From assembly GCA_963665115.1 (NCBI GenBank), contig OY762007.1, positions 800,001-864,000 on the forward strand: a DNA stretch of 64,000 nt. The letters are read 5' to 3'. The position numbers were made by a program, and so were the translations under genes. Positions 1 to 11,124 of this stretch are shown in pieces (position 1 is the first letter of the stretch; each line of letters begins with the position of its first letter). The stretch is from an uncultured Rivularia sp. GTDB lineage: Bacteria; Cyanobacteriota; Cyanobacteriia; Cyanobacteriales; Nostocaceae. A model generated the notes under the pieces. The model did not search any database and was not told where the DNA came from. It worked only from the letters and a program-made list of their open reading frames with translations.

Positions 1-20
1 CTAAACTAGCCCAAAACAAT

Positions 21-50
21 AAACCTGCTGCAAATAAAAACAGCAGGTTT
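21..50 (+). terminator. Putative intrinsic terminator hairpin
   Basis: AAACCTGCTG / CAGCAGGTTT perfect 10-bp inverted repeat near window start. Confidence 0.55.
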
Positions 51-469
51 CGTCGTAATTTACTATCAAGTGAAAATAAAATCACGGCAGATGCAAGTAT
101 TGTGTGAGGTTGGCGATTTGTAGTTCTTTATTCGCGGTTGATAATAACGCCGGAATAGAAGACTACAAGGTCTATGTTACATTACTTTACATAATGCTAA
201 CTGAAGAGATGAATTCTACGCCCATAGAGTTGCGATCGAAACGCTCAGAAGCTTTAAAATCTACCCTTGTGAGGTGGTAGCTGGTATAAATAGCGGAAAA
301 TATATTGATCGTAACTGTTGATTCAGCTTTTGAAAAATATTCTGTAAATATAGTTCATTAGTTGACGTAATCGGAACCGAATAGGGACAATGTATCGAGT
401 GACCTATTTGAGTGATTTATCCATAAAAAAGACGCAGCATTTAGAATCTACTACGTCTAATTATTTACA

Positions 470-576
470 TACAGCATATTTCATCTTTGTGTGGTACATT
501 CGGACGGGCAGGGATGCCCATCCCACAAGAGTTTTGTAATATGAGGCTGTACCTCACTTGTTTGCAAAGTGCTGTA
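470..576. mobile_element. MITE/REP-like miniature element with TACAGCA...TGCTGTA termini
   Basis: Terminal inverted repeats and internal GGGCAGGGATGCCC hairpin; a reverse-complement copy lies at 3463-3768. Confidence 0.7.
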
Positions 577-609
577 TTTAAATTATCATAATTTCCAATT
601 CCCAATGCC

Positions 610-1617
610 CTATTCCCTATTCCCCACAACTTCTCTTACTCGGTAAATTGGTCTACCTTGGGACTCGTGGTAAGTACGCATCAATAACTCAGCCAGCAAT
701 CCAAAGCAAAATAGCTGAACCCCAGTTACCAATAGCAATACGGCTAAGATTAACAAAGGGCGATCGCCAATTTCTTGACCTAATACTAATTTAGCCCAGG
801 TTAAATAAGTACTCATTGCTCCACCCGAAACCATAAAAATTAAACCCCAAAGTCCGAAAACGTGCATCGGACGGCTGAGGAACTTTTTCATGAAAGCAAT
901 GGTAAATAAATCCATCACGACTCGGAAAGTACGACCTAAACCGTATTTACTGCTACCAAATTTACGTGCGTGGTGGCGGACTGGTACTTCGGTAATTCTC
1001 GCACCTTCGATATAGGCTAAGGCTGGTAGAAAGCGGTGCAGTTCTCCGTATAAATTCATATCTGCTACCAATTCGGTACGATAGGCTTTAAGAGAACAAC
1101 CATAGTCATGAATGTTAACGCTGGTGATGCGGCGAATTAACCAGTTAGCAATCTTTGAAGGTAATAAGCGGGTTAGGGCTGCATCTTGGCGATTCTTGCG
1201 CCAGCCACTTACTAAGTCGTAGCCTTCCTCAAGCTTCGCTAACAGCATCGGAATATCAACAGGGTCGTTTTGCAAATCGGCATCTAAAGTTACAATGGCT
1301 TTCCCTCGTGCATGATAAAAACCTGCCGCCATTGCCGCAGTTTGACCGTAATTGCGTCGTAAAATTATGCTTTTCAAGTCGGTGCGCGTTTGTGCTTGGT
1401 CTTTAAGCAGTTGTACGGAACCATCATTAGAACCGTCATCAACGCAGATAATTTCGTAACTTAAATTACTTTCAATTAAAGTGGATGAAATTGCTTCGAG
1501 TAAATGGGGCAAACTTTCCACTTCGTTATGCACTGGCACCACCACCGAAACATCCGGGGCAGAAGACATTGCACCAACTTCCGCCAATCTTTCAGAAACA
1601 AACCCATTTCTCATCAT
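610..1617 (-). CDS. Glycosyltransferase family 2 (polyprenol-phosphate glycosyltransferase, ArnC/GtrB-like)
   Basis: VVVPVHNE, VDDGSND, RNYGQTAA, DADLQNDP motifs and two C-terminal TM helices. Confidence 0.9.
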   Translation of the reverse strand: MMRNGFVSERLAEVGAMSSAPDVSVVVPVHNEVESLPHLLEAISSTLIESNLSYEIICVDDGSNDGSVQLLKDQAQTRTDLKSIILRRNYGQTAAMAAGFYHARGKAIVTLDADLQNDPVDIPMLLAKLEEGYDLVSGWRKNRQDAALTRLLPSKIANWLIRRITSVNIHDYGCSLKAYRTELVADMNLYGELHRFLPALAYIEGARITEVPVRHHARKFGSSKYGLGRTFRVVMDLFTIAFMKKFLSRPMHVFGLWGLIFMVSGGAMSTYLTWAKLVLGQEIGDRPLLILAVLLLVTGVQLFCFGLLAELLMRTYHESQGRPIYRVREVVGNRE

Positions 1618-1628
1618 TAGTTTTTAGT

Positions 1629-2360
1629 TTATTGAATACGACCGCCTTTTTGCGGGATGTAACTGCTTACTATCCTTCCTGCACCACGTAGCTGTTTATA
1701 ATATGACCGACTAACTTCGTCTCCCTGTTCCGAAAGACAATCAATTCCAATCCCATTTCGTCCTTTATCTTTACCAGAACTATGGATATAGCAATTATCT
1801 CCCAAATAAAGCCCAACATGAGTTGCTTTTTGAGGAGTCCCAAAAAATATTAAATCGCCTGACTGTAAAGAGTTTGCATCAAAATTCTCTACAGTACAAA
1901 TTTGTTTTAGAAAAGCTTCTTGCTGATAAGCATCTCTGGGTAGGCGAATTCCTACAGAAGCAAACGCTTTTTGCATCAACCCCGAACAATCAAAATTTGG
2001 TCCTACAGTACCACCCCAAAGATAGTAATTTGGTTGTTGCATGGCTTTGCGAGTAAAAGCGATAACTTCGGGTATCAGTTGCTTTATTTCAGCTTCGGAA
2101 AATGATTTAATTTGCAATGGTTCAACAGCTGGTGACAACAAATTTAAATCATTTATCGCCAGCCAGCCGGGATAATTATCTTCGCATAGGCATATTTGTA
2201 CCGCAGTTTGATTTGCTGTTTGATTTAAATCTGGGATTACCCGTAAGTATCTTCCTTTCTCGGCTTGAGTTGACAAGTCCTTACATTCGGGAGAATCGTA
2301 GATATTCAAATCTGCTTCAGTTACGTATTCAACGTTTGCTTGCAATTCCTCTTGAGGCAT
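1629..2360 (-). CDS. NlpC/P60 (C40) cell-wall peptidase
   Basis: YLWGG...FDCSGL catalytic motif, LPRDA, HVGLY, YIHSS. Confidence 0.9.
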   Translation of the reverse strand: MPQEELQANVEYVTEADLNIYDSPECKDLSTQAEKGRYLRVIPDLNQTANQTAVQICLCEDNYPGWLAINDLNLLSPAVEPLQIKSFSEAEIKQLIPEVIAFTRKAMQQPNYYLWGGTVGPNFDCSGLMQKAFASVGIRLPRDAYQQEAFLKQICTVENFDANSLQSGDLIFFGTPQKATHVGLYLGDNCYIHSSGKDKGRNGIGIDCLSEQGDEVSRSYYKQLRGAGRIVSSYIPQKGGRIQ

Positions 2361-2412
2361 AACAATCTGTAAGTATTAACAACGAATTTTAATCCAAAAT
2401 CGGACGACGACT

Positions 2413-3352
2413 ATGTTTTTTAAACACGACGAACAACTCGAACAACTTGGTAATGGTATTTTAGAGGCTACTTGGGCTAAATTTTCTACGTTAGCTCGTA
2501 ACCAAATCGCCTTAACTTGGATTATCTACGACCCCCCAGTACCTGTAAACACTGGTGGAGCTTTGACTCCCAACGCTTTTTGGAATCATTCAGTACGTGG
2601 TTTTAATTATCGCGGTGAAGACAGAATTTATCCGGCTTCTGTAATCAAATTATTTTATTTGCTTGCAGTACACGAATGGCAGCACAAAGGCATGATAGAG
2701 GCTTCGGCAGAGTTAGAGCGAGCCATGCGCGACATGATAATTGATTCAAGTAACGATGCCACCAGTTTGATTGTAGACGTATTAACCGGCACCACTTCAG
2801 GTCCAGAATTACCACCAGGGTCCATTTGAAACTTGGAAGCAGCAGCGTAATATTGTTAACCGTTATTTAAAGTCTTTGGGATGGGAAGAATTAGACGCAG
2901 TAAATGTATGTCATAAAACTTGGGGTGATGGCCCTTATGGAAGAGAGCGGGCATTTTACGGAGAGTTATTAGAAAATCGCAATATGTTAACTACTAATGC
3001 GATCGCCCGATTATTGCACGCTATAGTCGGTGGAGTTGCAGTCAGCGCCACACGTTCCCAAGAAATGATGAATGTAATGAAGCGCAGTTTAAATCCAGAA
3101 GAGTTACCAACAGATGTAGAAGAAGATCAAGTAACGGGTTTCTCAGGAGGTAGTCTTCCTCAGACGGCGAAAATTTGGTCAAAAGCCGGTTGGACTTCTT
3201 CAGTTCGTCACGACGCAGCTTATATTGAAATACCGGATAAACGTCCTTATTTATTAATTGTATTTACAGAAGGAAAAGCCAACGCTCAAAGTCGAGATAT
3301 TTTACCTTTTGTTTCTCAGCAATTTATGGAAGTGGTTAGTAGTATGGATTAG
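2413..3352 (+). CDS. Serine hydrolase, class A beta-lactamase-like (split by +1 G near 2819)
   Basis: ASVIK (SxxK), SSN, KAG motifs spread over ORFs 2413-2829 and 2876-3352; removing one G gives PPGPFETW in frame. Confidence 0.8.
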
Positions 3353-3406
3353 GGGGAGGGGGAGATAAGAAAGTTATGAGTTAAGAGTTGGGAGTTATAA
3401 AAATAT

Positions 3407-3918
3407 CTGTAGTTTGTAGGTTGGGTTAAGCGCACGAAGAAGAATAATGATGCTCAACAATATACAGCACTTTGCAGTTCATAGGCAGTAGGCAGTGGGC
3501 AGTAGGCAGTAGTGACTCACCCTTAAAAGAGTGAGATTGAAAAATTGACGTTTTATACCTCGCTGCAAGCAGCCTCTGTATAATTATTTATTTTTACTGA
3601 GCTTTAAACTCAGAACTAAAGTTTAAATTGATACTTCTTACCCACTGCCGACTGCCGATTGCCGACTGCCTTTTTTGTAAATGAAGTACAAGATTATGCA
3701 ATAAAACTCTTGTGGGATGGGCATCCCTGCCCGTCCGAATGTATTTTACCCAAATAAAATGTGCTGTAAATTATGTTAGCGCTGTAATCCAACATTTTCT
3801 TTCAGAGGTATTCTTAAATATCTCAACTTATCAGAAAAGAGTAATGTTGGGTTACGACACGATAATTATAAAGCAGGCGTTACAAACGAAATTTGATTTA
3901 CGTGTCTAACCTACCTAA
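3407..3918. mobile_element. Nested composite of three miniature repeat elements
   Basis: Outer GTAGGTTGGGTTAAGCGCA element (also at 60638 and 61298); middle TACAGCAC..GTGCTGTA element 3463-3768; inner element bounded by (GGCAGTA)n and (CTGCCGA)n. Confidence 0.7.
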
Positions 3919-4104
3919 CCTAAAAAGTAAAATTACCTATCTCTCTATATTTCTTTCCTCAGCGTCCTCAGCGTCTCTGCGGTTTTTTTATCCGTAATAT
4001 TCTGGTAGGGAAGGAGTAAGACTTGGGAGGTAAACATCAGTAGTGTTCGCCGAACAGCTCCCTTGTTGTTTCCCATGCTCAATTCTTCATTCCTAATTGA
4101 TAAT

Positions 4105-5010
4105 TTATTCTTCAAAGAAAAAGCTGTCGGGATGCAGTCTACCAGTAGGTTCGTCGATAAATACTCCATCACACCAGGTAACACAACACTTGAAAGTGGG
4201 TTCTTGCCCAAAACCATTAAAGTTAGCTCCTTGGAAGTTGGAACAAATATAATTACCACTACTACAATCGACTCCGACCCCATACATTCCACGTAAGTCG
4301 CAATAAATCAACCCAATACTGTCAAAGTTGCAAATATTGATATTGGCTTCCCGAAAATCACAAAAGATGAATTTAGCAGCCAAAAAATTAGAACCACGGA
4401 AATTGACATTGCTGAAGTTGACGTAGCTCAAGTACGCGCCGCTCAAATCGATGGATTGGAGGTCAACCCCTCTCAAGTCACCACCGTGTATAATAATGTC
4501 TCTAAAGTCTCGCTCCCCATTTTTATAACGCCTAAGCAATTCTGGAGCAGTAGTAATTTTGAGGTGGCTCGAATTGATTCTGCCATCAGGCATAATAGTA
4601 TTACAAAAAAGAGTTCTTTCGTTAACTTGAATGTTAGTCAAATTGGCACCAGTCAAGTTGGCATCAGTCAAATTGGCACCAGTCAAATTGGCACCAGTAA
4701 AATTGGCACTAGTCAAATTGGCACTAGTCAAATCAGCACGATCCAAATTAGCTCTTCGGAGATTGGCATCGCTCAAGTTGGTATTGATAAAGAGAGTTTT
4801 AGTGAAGTTGGCTCTTTCCAAATTAGCAGCAGTCAAGTTAGTACTCATCAACCCACCGTTTTTGATGTATACCCCACCCAAATTGGCATTGCTCAGATTA
4901 ACATCAATCAACCAAGGTGGTCTGACAAAAATAGCTTCCGAGTTAACTCCCCTAAAATTTCTTTCCCCTCTCTCATATCGCTGCAACAACTCCTCAACAC
5001 TTATCCTCAT
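4105..5010 (-). CDS. Pentapeptide repeat protein (two repeat blocks)
   Basis: A(N/D)LxX repeats; two ELLxRYxxGERxF caps. Confidence 0.9.
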   Translation of the reverse strand: MRISVEELLQRYERGERNFRGVNSEAIFVRPPWLIDVNLSNANLGGVYIKNGGLMSTNLTAANLERANFTKTLFINTNLSDANLRRANLDRADLTSANLTSANFTGANLTGANLTDANLTGANLTNIQVNERTLFCNTIMPDGRINSSHLKITTAPELLRRYKNGERDFRDIIIHGGDLRGVDLQSIDLSGAYLSYVNFSNVNFRGSNFLAAKFIFCDFREANINICNFDSIGLIYCDLRGMYGVGVDCSSGNYICSNFQGANFNGFGQEPTFKCCVTWCDGVFIDEPTGRLHPDSFFFEE

Positions 5011-5174
5011 CTATACACTTCAGCATTAAACAACTAACAAATCAAAAAAAAGACGCAAGATGTAAAATTCACCCACAATAAAAATTGTACAACTTTTTTA
5101 TTTTCGTACAGTTAAAAAGTTTATAAATCTCCTCACTCCTAATCCGCCATGCCCCAATTCCCCATTGACCATAT

Positions 5175-6512
5175 TTAAACTTTCTTCGGAAACACATAGC
5201 GTGTAGCCCAGATTGTAAAAAACGGCAAAAAAATCATATGAACTAAGAATACAGATAAAGCTATTCCAATAACTTTCCAATTTTCTCCTAATATTACTGT
5301 CAAGCTGTTTACAGTATCGGCACCGAACAAATTACTAACAATAACTTGAGCGTTAACTCCGATAAATAAGAATAGGGCAAATAAGCTGGTAAATATTACG
5401 TTCCAACGTAAATCTAAATGAGGCTTTCCAATAGCTACTAATAATTGAGATGCAGCATCTGCAAAAGGTCTGGGAATTGCTGACAAACAAATTAAAATTA
5501 AAATTGGGATGGCGGGTATCCACTGTTCGCCAAAAACAATAGGAACGTAGAAAGGAGCTAAACTAGATTGTAATAGGACAAAAGGAACGATTATTATAGT
5601 AATAGTTCTCAAACTGTGAAGATAGCGATGCTTGAATTCAATCCACTCTGTACGAGCTTCGCATAAATGAGGCAGCATCACCGAACTAATAGCATTAATG
5701 ATACTCAAACTAATTCCTAAACCAGCGTTGAAACCAAAAAAGTAGATTCCTAACTCTTCAATACCTACAAAACGCCCAACGATTAAATAATCTAAGTTGT
5801 TCCTTAAAGTTTTGAGTAATCCCACACCGAGAATATTTTTTCCAAAACTTAATATCTCGTCCCAATATTTTGTACTGAATCCTTCTTTAGGTCGCCAAGA
5901 ATGATATTTGTAATATATTATTATTTCTAAGGGAGCAACTAAAACTATTGGCAGAGCAAATGACCATACTCCCATACCCATGAAGGCGAATACTGCTGTC
6001 AATATACCTGTGAGAGAATATTGAACCACATCGGTAAACGCTATTACTTTAAAACGATTTTCTCTTTGAATTAAAGTTTTTTGAATCCCGTGAATAGGCC
6101 AAATTAAATAAGCTATTCCACTCACAATAATTGGAAAGATAATCTCTTTACTGTTATAAGATGCTGCAATAGGAAATGCTGCAAGAGCCTGAATCATGAA
6201 TAAACTGGCAAAAATTAGCCAGTTTAACCAAAAGGCAGAACTACATAGATGAGGTAGTTCTTTTTCGTCAGCTTGAATAATCTTTGCGCCGATACCTACA
6301 TCAGCAAAAGTAATTGCAAACTCGCGCACGGCAAGAATTATAGCTCCCAAACCGTAATCATAGGGAGTTAGATATCTCGCCGTGATGACTACTAATCCTA
6401 AGCGTAGGACTCTGTACAACACTTCAGCTATACCTAGCCAGCCAAGATTACGAATGAACTGGCTAGATACTTTTTTATTGATATACCTGGTAATTGCGTT
6501 TAAGGACTTCAC
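5175..6512 (-). CDS. wzx: Polysaccharide flippase (Wzx / lipopolysaccharide biosynthesis protein)
   Basis: Multi-TM protein with ARYLTPYDYG and NLDYLIVGRF..LGIYFF motifs; lies in EPS cluster. Confidence 0.85.
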   Translation of the reverse strand: MKSLNAITRYINKKVSSQFIRNLGWLGIAEVLYRVLRLGLVVITARYLTPYDYGLGAIILAVREFAITFADVGIGAKIIQADEKELPHLCSSAFWLNWLIFASLFMIQALAAFPIAASYNSKEIIFPIIVSGIAYLIWPIHGIQKTLIQRENRFKVIAFTDVVQYSLTGILTAVFAFMGMGVWSFALPIVLVAPLEIIIYYKYHSWRPKEGFSTKYWDEILSFGKNILGVGLLKTLRNNLDYLIVGRFVGIEELGIYFFGFNAGLGISLSIINAISSVMLPHLCEARTEWIEFKHRYLHSLRTITIIIVPFVLLQSSLAPFYVPIVFGEQWIPAIPILILICLSAIPRPFADAASQLLVAIGKPHLDLRWNVIFTSLFALFLFIGVNAQVIVSNLFGADTVNSLTVILGENWKVIGIALSVFLVHMIFLPFFTIWATRYVFPKKV

Positions 6513-6736
6513 AATTTGTGTTATAAGAATTTATTAAATTTTGATACTTGGATAATCAGCTTGAACCGATTACTCCTATCCCGCTCTAAGAATACCTATC
6601 TCTCTTGTCTTGAGTTGTAGTCTTTCTTCTTCGGAGACGCTACGCTAACAAGAAAGCTCCGCTTACATGGGACGTACTTTTCGCCTATTCTAGTAAGGTT
6701 TTTTTATCGGTAATTGTAGAGCCGGGAAGGGAGTAA

Positions 6737-9067
6737 TTAAGATTCCATACTATTGGAAACTAAACCCAATACGCGATTGCGTCCGGCTTCCAATTCATCC
6801 AATGCTGTTGAAAGTGAAGGACGAACAGTTTTACCCAGCCCGACAACCATCAAAATTCCATCGGCATGGGTAGCCAAAATACTGGTGTCTAAACGCCCCA
6901 AAATATGAGGAGTATCGTACACCACTAAATCAAAATCAGATTGCGATCGCATTACAAAATTTTGCATCCTTGGTGAGGAGAAAAGCTTTGCACAATTACG
7001 CGGAATGTCTCCTGCGGTAATCACAAATAAGTTTTCTTCTTCATGAGATTGTCCGAGTGCATCGTTCAAATCTAAACCTTGGGAAAGTATTTCGCTTAAT
7101 CCTTGGGTATTTATCAAGCCTAAACTGTGATGTACTTGAGGATTCTGTAAATTAGCATCTACTAACAGTACTCGTAAACCAGCTTCTGCTGCGGTTTTGG
7201 CAAAAGTTGTTGCAACAGTTGTTTTACCTTCTCCCGGATTAGCTGAGGTAATTACTAACGAAGAAATAGCAGTTTCTTCTTTTAAAGCTTGAATTCTAGT
7301 ATATAAAGAGTAAAAAGCTTGCGTATAGGAAGACGCTCCATAGTCTTTACTTCTCATATTCTTAGCTTCGGAAAGTAAGCGCTCGTCTTTTTCCAGCGCG
7401 TAAACTAATTCCCGATCGGCAGGAGGTAATAGCTTCAATTCTTTTAAATAGGGAATTGTTGCTAATAACGGTAGTTTTGCGGTTCGTTTAACTTCTCGCG
7501 GATCGTGGAAAACGTTCTGAGCATTTTCTAAAAGAAAAGCAGCTAAAACACCTAAGAGTAAACCTCCGGCTCCTCCCAAAATAATATTCAGCTTACCTTT
7601 AGAAGCATCAGCTACAAATTGACCAGTCTTATCTTTCGGCAGCCTTGGAGGCATAATCAATTCCCAAGGTACTTCCTGCTGTGCGGCATCTACTCGCAAC
7701 GCTTCTTGTTTGCCTAAAAGCTGCTTAAGAGTATCGCTAGCAACCTGCAACTCCCGTTCCAAATTGGCATGTCTACCAGCAACTTCTGGATAGTCGTTGA
7801 TTTGTTTGTTTAATTCAACTAGAGCACCATCAGTAGCTTTCAAGCTGGCTTCTAATAACTGAATCTGATTCGCAGTGTCAGCCATTTTTTGAATCAAGTC
7901 GCGGCGCACCGAGTTTTGATAAGTTCCAACCTGAGTATTAAGTAAATTTTTGGTGGGAACATTATTACCTAAAGCCAATTGTGCTTCCCGTTTTAATAAA
8001 GGTAATAACTTTTGGCGTTGCTCCCTTAAAGAAACCATTGCCGGGTTAGCATCACTCAGACGTACTGACTCTGTAGCGATTTGAGCTTCTACATCTCGAA
8101 CGCGCTTAAGTATTTCTTGATAGTTCGGTGATTCGCTCAACGCCGAAGCCGCGATCGCCGCATCTGGGGACATTCCCAACTGATTTTGTAGTGAAGCGTA
8201 AAGTGATTTTGATTCAGCAAGTCTTTTATTAGCTTCTGTTTTCGTAGATTGAAGCTCCGAAGCTCTTTCAAGCAGTTGTTTTCCCTGAAGTTCAGGATTG
8301 AATAGGTTGTAGTTTTGTTGAAACCGCTGCATATCTCCTTGCAATCTATTTACTCGCAACCGCAGTACTGGAATCTGTTGTTCTACAAATCTGATTCCCT
8401 GACGTAAATTCGTCTGCTGTTGTTCGAGACTGTACTTCCGATAAGCTTGAGATACTTTATCTAACACAAACAGAACTTTCTGAGGATTAGAATCTTTGTA
8501 GCGAATTTCTATAACTCTAGATTCAATCTCACCTTGAGAAAGACGGCTAATATGCAACTGCCCTTCTTTGACGGTGCTAGGTACTTTACCAGCTTTGCCA
8601 CCTCCAACTAACTTTCCATAGCTAACTCCTGGATATTTATCCTGAATCTCATCAACTACGGGTTCTATGATTTTCGGACTTTTTAAAACTTCTACCAAAG
8701 CCTGATAATCTAGGGGCGTATTGTTTTGCCTGGTGATTTTATTTACATCTTGCTGAAGAGTTTGAGATAGTAAAACCAGCAGTTCGCTTTCTGAATTTGT
8801 TAAAGGCTCAACTAGTAACTGAAACTTGCCTTCATACTTAGGAGTACGAGTAGAACCCCAGACAACAGCCCCTGTCGTCACAATTACGGCTACGCTAGCA
8901 ATCAAAGCTGCTCGACGACGCAACATGGAGAAAATTCGACCAAAACCAAAACTTTCTTCTTCAACATTTTGGGGTCTTCTTAATAACCAGTATGGTTCTC
9001 TAGATAAAGATTTGGTTTCGTTCAAAGGCTGCAAATCTTGTTCTCTTGCTGGCATTTGTGTTTCCAT
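6737..9067 (-). CDS. wzc: Polysaccharide co-polymerase / BY-kinase (Wzc, GumC family)
   Basis: Two TM helices around a coiled-coil; Walker A GEGKTT, A' LLVDAN, B VVYDTP. Confidence 0.9.
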   Translation of the reverse strand: METQMPAREQDLQPLNETKSLSREPYWLLRRPQNVEEESFGFGRIFSMLRRRAALIASVAVIVTTGAVVWGSTRTPKYEGKFQLLVEPLTNSESELLVLLSQTLQQDVNKITRQNNTPLDYQALVEVLKSPKIIEPVVDEIQDKYPGVSYGKLVGGGKAGKVPSTVKEGQLHISRLSQGEIESRVIEIRYKDSNPQKVLFVLDKVSQAYRKYSLEQQQTNLRQGIRFVEQQIPVLRLRVNRLQGDMQRFQQNYNLFNPELQGKQLLERASELQSTKTEANKRLAESKSLYASLQNQLGMSPDAAIAASALSESPNYQEILKRVRDVEAQIATESVRLSDANPAMVSLREQRQKLLPLLKREAQLALGNNVPTKNLLNTQVGTYQNSVRRDLIQKMADTANQIQLLEASLKATDGALVELNKQINDYPEVAGRHANLERELQVASDTLKQLLGKQEALRVDAAQQEVPWELIMPPRLPKDKTGQFVADASKGKLNIILGGAGGLLLGVLAAFLLENAQNVFHDPREVKRTAKLPLLATIPYLKELKLLPPADRELVYALEKDERLLSEAKNMRSKDYGASSYTQAFYSLYTRIQALKEETAISSLVITSANPGEGKTTVATTFAKTAAEAGLRVLLVDANLQNPQVHHSLGLINTQGLSEILSQGLDLNDALGQSHEEENLFVITAGDIPRNCAKLFSSPRMQNFVMRSQSDFDLVVYDTPHILGRLDTSILATHADGILMVVGLGKTVRPSLSTALDELEAGRNRVLGLVSNSMES

Positions 9068-9778
9068 TCAAAATCCCATTTAAAACAATTTAATATACAG
9101 TTTCGGTCAATAAACAAATTGTAAATAAGTTTTTTGCCAATAAAGGAGTGAAGATAGTTAGAGTATATTTAATTACAAGTATCATAAGTTACCAATAACT
9201 AATAATAGTATTTATATTGCTCCATCAATGCAAAGTTTAAAATATAATGCTTCGCTTTACAGTATTTGCATATTACTACATCTCAATAGTTTCTCCGATC
9301 TGCTGCGACATATCTTCTTTGAAAATTAATAAACTGAGCAATATCCTCAACATATCTCGCTTAATTAGTAATGTACTCCGATTAATAAAAACTTTACTGA
9401 AATAAAACTAGCCGATGAAGATTAAGTGAAATCTCAGCTAATTACTATGACTAAAGTGGTAAAAACACGCATAATTATTTAAATAAGATATTCAGTAAAT
9501 ACGAAATGTTCTATATGTACCTAAGCTTCAAATGCTTGAAATAAAAGGGTTGCAAAATTTTTATCTATTATTATCCATAAAAAGTATGAAGTTATTAAAC
9601 AAAAAGTAACGGTTTACCGAAGCAAAATTACTCTATTGACAAAACCAAATACTTGGTTCATTAATTGAAAAACTTCATCAGTTATTTCGCCTAAAAGAAT
9701 AATGAAGTTTAACAATACCTTTATATTTTAGGTATTTTATTTCATCAAGAATTAATATTTTCGGGAAATATATTCGGT

Positions 9779-11099
9779 ATGCCGAAATTGCCAAAGCTAG
9801 CCGAACAAATATTCGTTGTATTCACTCTTTTTCTTTCTACAAGTGCCTTGATACCCGTACTTATAGAAGGAGGTAGTGGAAGTATAGGTAGCGATTCCTA
9901 CAGTCCTAAATTCTTTATGGGAATCTATACTATTACTTTCTTGTTAATAGTGAAGCATCAGAAACATTTTGTACGTGCTGCACAGAAAGATATTTGGATC
10001 TGGTTATTCTTAGGAATTGTAATAGCATCAATTTTATGGACTTTTGCGCCCGATCTGACTCCACGACGTAGCGTACTGCTTTTAGGGACAAGCGTATTTG
10101 CTGTCTATATGGCAATGCGTTTCACTTTAAGAGAGCAACTACAATTATTAGCTTGTGCTTTAGGCATAGTAATTGTACTGAGTTTCATGTTTGCAATCGG
10201 ACTGCCAAAATATGGATTAATGACTGTTCAAGAAGGGGGAATTCACGCTGGATCTTGGCGGGGAATAATGACTCATAAAAACATTTTGGGGTCGATTAAT
10301 GAATCTCAGCAGCATGGTATTTTTGTTTGTTGCGATGAGCAATCCGATTCAAAATCCTAGATATCGATGGCTTCCCTGGGCTGGCTTTATTCTTTCTATT
10401 GCTTTGATCGTACTTTCAACTTCTACCTCCTCTTTAGTCGTTTGTCTATCTTTAATGACTATTCTGCCTCTCTATAGAAGTTGGCGACGCAATTACAACC
10501 AGCTAATACCTTTAATAATTGCATTGATACTTACAGTTGGGAGTATATCTACTTTGCTATTAGATAACTTGCCTGTTGTTGCGGATGCATTAGGGAAAGA
10601 TTTAACTCTAACTGGACGTACCGATATATGGAGTGCAATGTTCGATCTAATCTGGGAACGTCCTTGGTTAGGCTATGGATTTAACGCTGTCTGGAGAGAT
10701 TGGAACAGTGAAATAACTGCTTACCTCTGGCGGACTCTGGCGTGGGAATGTCCTTACGGACATAACGGCTTTATGGATTTACTAGCAGAGTTAGGTTTTG
10801 TAGGCTTGTCAGCATTTTTACTAAGTTTTATTAATACCTTTTTAAAGGGAGTAATGTGGTTGCGAATTACTGGATGTATAGAAGGAATTTGGCCTTTAAT
10901 GTATTTAACTTTTTTGGTTATGTACAACATCAGTGAAAGTACTTTAGTCGAGACTAATAGTATTTTCTGGATAGTATACGTTTCTACCGTTTTTTCTTTA
11001 GCTATAGAGTATCAACAAGCTAAAAATTATCAACATAATGGTTCTTCTTTGATAGACGAAGAATGGATGAATATAAAAGCATTTACCAAACAGCAATAA
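9779..11099 (+). CDS. O-antigen ligase / Wzy-type polymerase, ExoQ-like (split by +1 G near 10290)
   Basis: WRGIMTHKN, LTLTGRTDIW, RPWLGYG, HNGFMD motifs; corrected frame reads NILGRLMN. Confidence 0.85.
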
Positions 11100-11124
11100 T
11101 AGTATTAATAAAGACAAAGTAAGC

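Noticed and set aside
4456..5037. Long plus-strand ORFs with SQIGT / VKLAP repeats
   Set aside because: Antisense shadows of the 15-nt periodic pentapeptide-repeat gene
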